From assembly GCA_034408725.1 (NCBI GenBank), contig JAWXCN010000141.1:1-31514 (forward strand): DNA of 31,514 nucleotides. The letters run 5' to 3'. Of the stretch, positions 19,957-26,987 are shown piece after piece. The translations under genes and the position numbers were made by a program. Source of the stretch: Candidatus Hydrogenedentota bacterium (GTDB lineage: Bacteria; Hydrogenedentota; Hydrogenedentia; Hydrogenedentales; SLHB01). The notes below the pieces were generated by a model. It was not told the origin of the DNA and searched no databases. It was given only the letters and a program-made list of their open reading frames with translations. Within the stretch, counting starts at the first letter, position 1. Each line of letters begins with the position of its first letter.

Positions 19957-20139
19957 TTATTGCGCCGTAAACCGGAGCTTCTCGCGACGTTCGATCTGGA
20001 CCACCTGCGCGTTATGAATCACGATTTCGACTGATCCGTAGCGAATACCGCGGACCGTCTGTAGAATCAGGTCATCAATTTCGTTTTGGGGCTTACCGTT
20101 TTCGACGCGAGTGGCAAGACCGGCAGGTTCGTTCGGCAT
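19957..20139 (-). CDS. YezD/DUF2292 (OscA-like) small protein
   Basis: IRYGSVEIVIHNAQVVQIERREKLR is the family signature. SD GAGAGG. The family is known to precede sulfur-uptake genes. Confidence 0.9.
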   Translation of the reverse strand: MPNEPAGLATRVENGKPQNEIDDLILQTVRGIRYGSVEIVIHNAQVVQIERREKLRFTAQ

Positions 20140-20151
20140 TTATACCTCTCA

Positions 20152-20174
20152 ATCTCTACTGGATTAGTAGTAAT
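20152..20174. promoter_or_regulatory. Putative Rrf2 operator upstream of yezD
   Basis: Palindrome AT-ct-CTACT-ggatt-AGTAG-ta-AT, 12 nt upstream of the yezD start. Confidence 0.7.
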
Positions 20175-20209
20175 AACAAGCAAAAAAAGGGGACGTTTCT
20201 TCATCGAAG

Positions 20210-20671
20210 TTAAATGTAAAACATCGCACCATGACCGGATTCATCATCTGTCTTCTCCATCATTACGAGGACATCCGCAATCGATGTCCTTTGCATTATT
20301 TCCCAACTGGCGTTGTACGCCTCGCGTAATGCCAGTCGCACACCACAAGTGCCTTCCTCGACACAGTCGTCACACCGGCGGTACGCCGTCTTGCTCAAAC
20401 ACGCTACCGGGGCAAGAGGCCCGTCAATCAGCCGCACCACCTCTCCAAGAGAGATTTTGTTGGCGGCAATGTTCAATAAGTAACCACCCGACTTTCCACG
20501 CCGGCTTTGCAGTATTCCCTGGTTCCGAAGCTCAAGGAGAATGAGCTCCAGGAACTTCTTGGGAATGCCCGCAACCTTCGCCAGTTCGCCGATCATTACG
20601 GGTTCATCGGTATTCCGTTTGGCCAGGACGAGCAAAGCTTTGAGCGCGTACTTTGCTTTTCGAGTGAGCAT
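20210..20671 (-). CDS. Rrf2-family transcriptional regulator
   Basis: MLTRKAKYALKAL, IPKKFLELILLEL, SRRGKSGGYLL, RLIDGPLAP, C-terminal C-x8-C-x2-C-x5-C. Confidence 0.95.
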   Translation of the reverse strand: MLTRKAKYALKALLVLAKRNTDEPVMIGELAKVAGIPKKFLELILLELRNQGILQSRRGKSGGYLLNIAANKISLGEVVRLIDGPLAPVACLSKTAYRRCDDCVEEGTCGVRLALREAYNASWEIMQRTSIADVLVMMEKTDDESGHGAMFYI

Positions 20672-20678
20672 CTTCGGT

Positions 20679-20701
20679 TATTCCATCGATTTGATAGAGT
20701 A
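20679..20701. promoter_or_regulatory. Putative Rrf2 auto-operator
   Basis: Pseudo-palindrome TATT-CCATC-gattt-GATAG-AGTA with the same CYAYY-N5-RRTAG core as 20152-20174. Overlaps the -10 and predicted +1 of the rrf2 promoter. Confidence 0.7.
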
Positions 20702-20726
20702 TACGGATCGGCGTGCCGAATGTCAA
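20698..20726 (-). promoter_or_regulatory. Near-consensus sigma-70 promoter of the rrf2/sulfate cluster
   Basis: Minus strand TTGACA-N17-TATACT. Confidence 0.85.
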
Positions 20727-20855
20727 CACTATTTTTTCAACCAATGTACCCACAAACCCAATGCCCAGTTAGCTCAAGGCCACCCGTCCGTATGTCCCGT
20801 CACCGCATGGTATACTGGCTGGTCTAATTGCGGTAAACAAAGGGTTATTTAATCA

Positions 20856-22067
20856 ATGACGTGGTTTGAATACTTTCGCGTCGCCCTCGATTCGGTGGCC
20901 CAGAACAAAGTACGGTCCTTCCTGACGATGATCGGCGTGACAATCGGCGTACTTGCCGTGATTCTGCTCGTCGCCCTTGGAGAAGGAGCGCAGGCCTATG
21001 TTGCGCAGCAATTCGCAAACATGGGCACCAATCTCCTCATCATCACGCCCGGCAAACAGGAAACCTCAGGCATGATGCCCATCATCGCCGGCAGTTTTCG
21101 CAAGCTTTCCTACGAGAATGCAAAAGAAATCGAGCGCCGCGCGGTCGGCATCAAGGAGGTGTCCCCGGAAGTGCTGGGGGCAGGCGCAGTAAAATTTCGA
21201 GACCGTGAACGCAATACGATGATTCTCGCCGTGACGCCCGCGCTCGAACGCATTCGCGACGTCCATGTCGATACCGGGCGGTTTCTAGATCAGAAGGACA
21301 TTGAAAAGAACAATAAAGTTTGTGTCCTGGGCGCGGGGTTGAAGGAAGAATTGTTTGGTTCGGAGAATCCGCTGGGTGAACGTGTGTCGATTAACCGGAG
21401 CAAGCATTTGGTGATCGGCGTCATGGAGCACAAAGGCATGACATTGGGGATCAATGCCGATGACATTGTTTTCATTCCGCTGCTCAGTGGCCAGCAAATG
21501 TTTTACGGAGGCGAAGACGAGCTGTACCAGATCGTAGTGCAGGCTACGAGCCCTATAGTGGTCGAAAATGCCACGGAATCAATTCGCACAATCCTGACTG
21601 CGGCGCATGATTATACCGAGGACTTCACAATCCTGGATCAAACCTCGATGCTGGCAACCCTCGACAAAATATTCGTGGCATTGAAAGTCATGCTATCGGG
21701 TATTGCGTCGATTTCACTTCTCGTTGGGGGAATCGGAATCATGAACATCATGCTGGTGTCGGTTCGCGAACGGACACGGGAAGTTGGCATCCGCAAATCC
21801 GTGGGCGCCACCCGCCGTGACATCGGGCTTCAATTTGCCATCGAGGCAATTACGCTCAGTTGCATCGGCGGGGTTGCCGGCATACTGTTGGCGTACCTTG
21901 GCACATGGTCCATGCGCCAGTTCTATCCAAGTTTTCCCATTCAGGCATCGACGTGGTCGATCGTAGTTGCTTTTGCATTCAGCGCGACGGTGGGGATATT
22001 CTTCGGCGCATACCCCGCATGGAAAGCGGCCAGCGTCGATCCCGTCGAAGCGTTGCGCTACGAATAG
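20856..22067 (+). CDS. MacB/FtsX-family ABC transporter permease
   Basis: NKVRSFLTMIGVTIGV, periplasmic domain, ISLLVGGIGIMNIMLVSVRERTREVGIRKSVGA, YPAWKAASVDPVEALRYE. Confidence 0.95.
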   Translation: MTWFEYFRVALDSVAQNKVRSFLTMIGVTIGVLAVILLVALGEGAQAYVAQQFANMGTNLLIITPGKQETSGMMPIIAGSFRKLSYENAKEIERRAVGIKEVSPEVLGAGAVKFRDRERNTMILAVTPALERIRDVHVDTGRFLDQKDIEKNNKVCVLGAGLKEELFGSENPLGERVSINRSKHLVIGVMEHKGMTLGINADDIVFIPLLSGQQMFYGGEDELYQIVVQATSPIVVENATESIRTILTAAHDYTEDFTILDQTSMLATLDKIFVALKVMLSGIASISLLVGGIGIMNIMLVSVRERTREVGIRKSVGATRRDIGLQFAIEAITLSCIGGVAGILLAYLGTWSMRQFYPSFPIQASTWSIVVAFAFSATVGIFFGAYPAWKAASVDPVEALRYE

Positions 22068-22113
22068 CACCGCGCACGGAGTTCCATGCGGACGAAGATG
22101 CAAAAGGACATTC

Positions 22114-22410
22114 ATGAATCAGGAAATTCCAAAGTGGGTCATCATTGTGCTCGTGCTGGGCATACTCGCTGTGTCGGCGGTGCCGCCGTGGCAATACGTG
22201 CCGTATTCAAAAGGCGGCCGCGCGCCCGAATTCAAGGGCTGGCACCTGTGGTGGACCGAACGCCCCCTCATTACTGAAGGCGACCAGGAAGGGCAGCACG
22301 AGGTATGGAGGCCGCATGTCCAATACCTCGTATATGAGATCATAGGCGTGTGCGCTGTCGTGTTCGCCGCCGCCGCGATATTCGGCAGAAAAAAAAAGGG
22401 AACGGCATAG
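22114..22410 (+). CDS. Hypothetical small membrane protein (2 TM)
   Basis: SD AAAGGA before ATG 22114. Two hydrophobic segments and a basic tail (RKKK). Confidence 0.7.
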   Translation: MNQEIPKWVIIVLVLGILAVSAVPPWQYVPYSKGGRAPEFKGWHLWWTERPLITEGDQEGQHEVWRPHVQYLVYEIIGVCAVVFAAAAIFGRKKKGTA

Positions 22411-22460
22411 GGCTACCGGCGCGCGACTCGAGGCCTTGCGCCCTTTCTGTATGATGGCTT

Positions 22461-22910
22461 ATGCGCGCGTTTGACCACGACTATGTCAGCGAGGTAATTG
22501 CCAGGGCGGGCCGTGTAAAACCGGACGCGAGAGCCGTATCGGGAATCATGACCCGCAACGAAATGCTGGACCGGCTCGCGGGGTGCATTCGCATGGCGAT
22601 GGGCAGTGCCTTGATTGGCCCGGATGCCTCGACTTGGTTTTCGCGGAGTATCCTGCGGCCATTGGTGCTCCACGGATTCATTCCCTTGCCTCGCGCCGCT
22701 GAAATGCTTTGCCCTGTACCGGCCGGCGCGCAGCCGAACCACGTCGATCTGGAAACGCTGCATGCCCTGCTCGAAACGTATCTGGATCGAGTACATACCG
22801 GCGATCTTGTTTCGTCGCGCCATCCGATATTCGGTGAAATCGGAATTGACGGATGGGCCCGGCTCCATGTGGTGCACTTCGAGAGGCTGCTTCGGCGGTT
22901 CGGCGTGTAA
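22461..22910 (+). CDS. DUF1569/DinB-superfamily protein with degenerate His triad
   Basis: GIMTRNEMLDRL and HPIFGEIGIDGWARLHVVHFERLLRRFGV match the family layout (WGKM...QMLxH; HPxFG...W...HxDHHLRQFGV). Confidence 0.75.
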   Translation: MRAFDHDYVSEVIARAGRVKPDARAVSGIMTRNEMLDRLAGCIRMAMGSALIGPDASTWFSRSILRPLVLHGFIPLPRAAEMLCPVPAGAQPNHVDLETLHALLETYLDRVHTGDLVSSRHPIFGEIGIDGWARLHVVHFERLLRRFGV

Positions 22911-23546
22911 TTACTCCGAGGGTTTCGATCCTAACCGGCTCTCCTCACCTTTTAGAATGCGCTGAACATTGGACCGGTGTTTGAAAATAACCAATACCGC
23001 CACAATCGTGACGACAATCCGCAGCGAGCAATCCGCCGGCAGCAGATGCGTGGGCGCGGTTGCGAGCGAATGGGGAAGCGCGTAAACACTGGCAGTCATC
23101 GCGAGCGCGCCGGCAATCGAACCCACGCTGACCATGCGCGTAGCGAATACGGCGACTCCGAATGCCAATGCAGCAATAAGTGTTGGCAGCGGACACAGCG
23201 CGAGGAAGACGCCAAGGCTCGTGGCCACACCTTTCCCGCCGTGAAACCGGATAAATACCGACGCGAGGTGGCCCAGTATCGCCGCGATGCCGCAAGCCAG
23301 CGGCGCATACGGCCAGTCGCTCAGCCGGGAAATGAACAGTACGGGTATGAATCCTTTAAGCGCGTCGCCGAGCAGCGCAATGGCGCCAAGACCTTTTCCC
23401 AGCACGCGCATTGTATTGGTGGCGCCGATATTTTTACTTCCGTGTTGGCGGATATCGGTTCCGCGCAGGGCAAGACCGAGCCATAGGCCGGTGGGGACCG
23501 AGCCGAGGAGGTAGGAGGTGATGATGGCGATTAGCGTGGGAAACAT
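22911..23546 (-). CDS. plsY: Glycerol-3-phosphate 1-O-acyltransferase PlsY
   Basis: SYLLGSVP, DIRQHGSKNIGATNTMR, DALKG, GGKGVATSLG, KHRSNVQRILKGEE. Confidence 0.97.
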   Translation of the reverse strand: MFPTLIAIITSYLLGSVPTGLWLGLALRGTDIRQHGSKNIGATNTMRVLGKGLGAIALLGDALKGFIPVLFISRLSDWPYAPLACGIAAILGHLASVFIRFHGGKGVATSLGVFLALCPLPTLIAALAFGVAVFATRMVSVGSIAGALAMTASVYALPHSLATAPTHLLPADCSLRIVVTIVAVLVIFKHRSNVQRILKGEESRLGSKPSE

Positions 23547-23552
23547 TGTAGG

Positions 23553-23584
23553 GATTTTGGATTTTGGATTTTGGATTTTGGATT
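23553..23584. repeat. Heptamer tandem repeat (GATTTTG)x4 + GATT
   Basis: Read directly. Lies 6 nt upstream of the plsY ATG. Confidence 0.95.
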
Positions 23585-23744
23585 GAAGAGGGTCGGGTGG
23601 AGATTACGTGCGATAAATGAAGCGCCTGGTTGTCCAGATTCCTCGTTACCTGATCGGGACGACGCTTGGGAAAGTGCCCGGAATGTCTGTCGGGATTTAT
23701 CGGAATGGCGAGGGAAGCGGCGTCGTCGCAGCGTAGGCGCGTTC

Positions 23745-23822
23745 AATCTAAAATCCAAAATCCAAAATCCAGAATCTAAACCTTGCGGGTAATCCAAAAT
23801 CCAGAATCTAAAATCCAAAATT
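23745..23822. repeat. Two blocks of inverted heptamer repeats (AATCYAR)x5 and x4 separated by ACCTTGCGGGT
   Basis: Blocks at 23745-23779 and 23791-23818, complementary to the block at 23553-23584. Confidence 0.95.
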
Positions 23823-23826
23823 CCGT

Positions 23827-25176
23827 TCATTCTGACGATTCCTTCCGTTCCCCCTCCCGGAGTTCGAGCGTAATCGGCACACCCTCGAACCCATACTTTT
23901 CGCGAAGCTGGTTTTCGATAAAGCGCAGGTAACTGAAGTGAAAGAATTCTTTCTTGTTGACGAACAACACGAAGGTCGTGGGTTTTACACTCGCTTGGGT
24001 GGCGTACTTAATGCGCGCGAGCTTTCCGTGGTACAACGCGGGAGCCTGCTGCGCGCGAATTTTTTCGACAAACACGTTGAGTTCGTGCGTGGGGATGCGT
24101 TTTACGGCATCCGCCGCGACGCGGTCGATATACTCGAATACCGTGAAAATGCGCTGTCGATCCAAATTCGAGATAGTCACTGACGGCACGTGTTTGAGGA
24201 ACGGCGCCTTGAATTCGATCTCCTGCGATAGCGCCTTGAAGCGCTTCTCCTTGTCCTCGATCAAATCCCACTTGGTCCAAACGAGGATCATCGCCGCACC
24301 CTGTTCAACGATATAATTGACGATGCGTTTGTCCTGTTCCGAGATGCCTTCCTTGGCGTCGATCAGGACAAGACATACGTCCGCGCGCCGGACCGCGCGT
24401 AGCGAACGCGCCACGCTAAACCGTTCGATGTCCTTGTGAATGCCCGCCTTTTTTCGAAGACCGGCGGTGTCGATTAACAGATAATCCTTTTCTTTCCACT
24501 TGAACTCGATGTCGATGGCGTCGCGCGTCGTGCCAGGGACGTTGTCCACGATACTGCGCTCTTCGTTCAAAATGGCGTTTACATACGACGACTTGCCGAC
24601 GTTTGGTTTACCGACAATTGCGACGCGCGTGATTTGGCGCTCTTCAACTGGCTCCTCGGGAGTAGTCTTCGGGAGATGCGCAGTAATGGCATTCACCAGT
24701 TCTTCGATGCCGATTCCATGACCTGATGACACCGCAATGGGATCGCCCAGGCCGAGCACGTAAAATTCCGTGCGGTTCTCCCGCAACTTCGGGTTGTCGA
24801 GTTTGTTCGCCGCGATGACGATGGGCTTGCTGTACCGGAACAGGTCGTCGCGTATTTCGAAATCGCCTTTCGTGAGCTCGTGCTGACCGTCTATCACGAA
24901 AACGATAACTTGCGCCTCATCGAGCGCGGCCTTCACCTGGTCTTGCATCTTGTGTGTAACCGGGTCTGTGATGTCATCGACGATGCCCCCGGTATCCACC
25001 ACGCGAAACCTGCGGCCGTCCCAATCGGCCGTGCCATAGGCGCGGTCTCGCGTAACGCCGGCTTCATCGTGCACGATGGCGGAATGCCGCCCGACGATTC
25101 GATTGTATAGCGTGGATTTTCCCACGTTGGGCCGGCCGCAAATGGCCACCAATGGAAGTTTGGACGATCGCGCCAT
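23827..25176 (-). CDS. der: Ribosome biogenesis GTPase Der (EngA)
   Basis: Two G domains (GRPNVGKST, GVTRD, DTGG, NKLD; GKPNVGKSS, GTTRD, DTAG, TKWD) and a KH-like C-terminus (YLRFIENQLRE.YGFEGVPI). ATG overlaps the pgsA stop (TAATG). Confidence 0.98.
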   Translation of the reverse strand: MARSSKLPLVAICGRPNVGKSTLYNRIVGRHSAIVHDEAGVTRDRAYGTADWDGRRFRVVDTGGIVDDITDPVTHKMQDQVKAALDEAQVIVFVIDGQHELTKGDFEIRDDLFRYSKPIVIAANKLDNPKLRENRTEFYVLGLGDPIAVSSGHGIGIEELVNAITAHLPKTTPEEPVEERQITRVAIVGKPNVGKSSYVNAILNEERSIVDNVPGTTRDAIDIEFKWKEKDYLLIDTAGLRKKAGIHKDIERFSVARSLRAVRRADVCLVLIDAKEGISEQDKRIVNYIVEQGAAMILVWTKWDLIEDKEKRFKALSQEIEFKAPFLKHVPSVTISNLDRQRIFTVFEYIDRVAADAVKRIPTHELNVFVEKIRAQQAPALYHGKLARIKYATQASVKPTTFVLFVNKKEFFHFSYLRFIENQLREKYGFEGVPITLELREGERKESSE

Positions 25177-25733
25177 TATGTCCGGTCCTCGTTTCCAACC
25201 TGTTTGATGCCGGCGCGCAGGTAGTCCGCGAAGGACAAAACCGCGACACACAGCGTGAAGTACAGAGTGCCATAAATAAACCGCTGCGGAAGTTCGAGCA
25301 ACACGGCTACGATTAAAACCATTTGCAGCAGCGTCGTCACTTTTCCGCTAATTTGCGGACGCGCCCGAAGCGGCCCGAAATACTCATTTATCAGATAAGC
25401 GCCGATTACGATGATTATATCCCGCCCGAGAATCAGAACGGGAAACCACGTAGGCACAGGCGTTTGCAGGTGTTGGTTCACCGCCAGAAACACCAACGCG
25501 AGATTGATCAACAACTTGTCCGCAAGCGGATCCAGAATCGCGCCAAGCTTTGTCTTCTGGTTGTACGCTCGAGCGATAAATCCGTCCACCGCGTCAGAGA
25601 TCGCCGCGATTGCGAACACGGCCAGTGCGGCATGGCGCACCCATTGCTGATCGCGCGTGTACGTCATGATGAGCACGATGAACACGGGGATCAACACAAG
25701 GCGTCCGATGGTAATGCGATTAGCCAGGGTCAT
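25176..25733 (-). CDS. pgsA: CDP-alcohol phosphatidyltransferase (PgsA-like)
   Basis: MTLANRITIGR, signature SDAVDGFIAR...TKLGAILDPLADKLL, GRDIII, GKVTT. Confidence 0.88.
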   Translation of the reverse strand: MTLANRITIGRLVLIPVFIVLIMTYTRDQQWVRHAALAVFAIAAISDAVDGFIARAYNQKTKLGAILDPLADKLLINLALVFLAVNQHLQTPVPTWFPVLILGRDIIIVIGAYLINEYFGPLRARPQISGKVTTLLQMVLIVAVLLELPQRFIYGTLYFTLCVAVLSFADYLRAGIKQVGNEDRT

Positions 25734-25828
25734 TCGTGTGCTCGGCGCGGACGCTACGCCCGGGGGCGCACCGGTCCACCGTGAAGAAGTCCTTTTGCGT
25801 AAGCGAGGCAGGCTCCGCCGCGCGGGAG

Positions 25829-25858
25829 AGTATAACAATCAGGCGGAAACGCGGTCAA
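25829..25858 (-). promoter_or_regulatory. Putative sigma-70 promoter of pgsA-der-plsY
   Basis: Minus strand TTGACC-N18-TATACT with extended -10 TG (TGTTATACT). Confidence 0.7.
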
Positions 25859-25865
25859 AGACCGC

Positions 25866-26252
25866 CTAAACGGCTTCGGGTGACTGCGAAAGATGCCGTT
25901 TGATTTGGGCAATGAGTTCGGCGGGGGAGAAGGGCTTCAACAATAGAGTTGCCGCGCCCGCTTCGCGCGATCGATCACGCGCGTTCGGGTTGTGCGCGGA
26001 CGACACGCATACCACGGGGATATGCTGGGTCTGCGGGTTCGCCTTGAGCTGCTCGCACACCTCGTATCCGCTCATCATCGGCATCATGATATCAAGGACG
26101 ACGAGGTCCGGCGCTTCCGTCTCGGCGAGATCGAGCGCGCTGATCCCATCGTATGCGCTGATCACGTCGAACCCTTCGCCATTCAATGTGCGCGCAATAA
26201 ATAACACCACATCCGGCTCATCGTCCACGACAAGTATTTTCGTTGGTCTCAC
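25866..26252 (-). CDS. Single-domain response regulator receiver (CheY-like)
   Basis: KILVVDDE, phosphoacceptor VLDIMMPMMSGYEVC, VSS, KPF. GTG start 1 nt after the PilZ gene stop. Confidence 0.92.
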   Translation of the reverse strand: MRPTKILVVDDEPDVVLFIARTLNGEGFDVISAYDGISALDLAETEAPDLVVLDIMMPMMSGYEVCEQLKANPQTQHIPVVCVSSAHNPNARDRSREAGAATLLLKPFSPAELIAQIKRHLSQSPEAV

Positions 26253-26253
26253 A

Positions 26254-26715
26254 CTATTTCTCCGTCCGCCTGACGCCGCGATCCCCAATTCTAAAATCGA
26301 TAGTATGCATGCGCACCGGCCCTTTGGGAGTCTGCCGGTTGCGCCCATTCACCGGCACGAACCGCGCCTCTTGACGTTCCAGCACCCGCTGAAGCACTTC
26401 GACGCCGTGGTCCATGAATCCGTCCGGCACGTCTGCGTTGCGCACGATCATTCCTTCAACCGGCGCCGACAACGGCACGCGAAATTCCTCGTCACGCATC
26501 AGTTGCACGACGACCGGGGTGCCGGGCGCCAAAAGTTCCAGCATACGAATGCACATGCCGTAGGGATTGATATTGATGATCACGCCCTGGCTAATCAAAC
26601 CGGGCACTTCTTTCGGCCATACGAGGCACGGGCGGCAGGTCTCAGTGCGCGGCGCGCGCCGGTTCCCGCGCCGTAACGACCGGTTATCGCGGCTCAACAT
26701 CATATCGTCGGGCAT
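26254..26715 (-). CDS. PilZ-domain protein
   Basis: RxxxR (NRRAPR) and a variant D/NxSxxG motif (NINPYGMCI), then LAPGTPVVVQL, GMIVR and GVEV strands. Confidence 0.75.
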   Translation of the reverse strand: MPDDMMLSRDNRSLRRGNRRAPRTETCRPCLVWPKEVPGLISQGVIININPYGMCIRMLELLAPGTPVVVQLMRDEEFRVPLSAPVEGMIVRNADVPDGFMDHGVEVLQRVLERQEARFVPVNGRNRQTPKGPVRMHTIDFRIGDRGVRRTEK

Positions 26716-26865
26716 TCTGCGACCTCACCACACGTGCCGGATCACCGCCCCGAAATGGGTTATGTCCAGCGAACCACGCGCCTACTCTACCACAAGCCGT
26801 TGTAGTTCGCACTTGCCACGATCAAGAGATGGTCATCTTCCCAAATGTCGCCTGTGTCACGGCAC

Positions 26866-26894
26866 TTGTTAGCAACCGCGACCCGTTGTATACT
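26866..26894 (+). promoter_or_regulatory. Putative sigma-70 promoter of the EF-G paralogue
   Basis: TTGTTA-N17-TATACT about 95 nt upstream of ATG 26988. Confidence 0.6.
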
Positions 26895-26987
26895 CGATTT
26901 TCCGGCCGCGGAGTTTTTTGGGTGCTCGGGCTGGCGCCGCGGCCCTATCTTCTCAAAACGCAACCTACTGGTGCGGAGGGCTGAGCT

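Noticed and set aside
23571-23792. 73-aa plus-strand ORF across the repeat element
   Set aside because: Antisense to the operon, starts within the repeats and has no SD or motif.
23553-23822. CRISPR array or IS interpretation of the repeats
   Set aside because: The units are 7-nt tandem repeats with no repeat-spacer periodicity. No cas or transposase gene is present and I found no clear target-site duplication.
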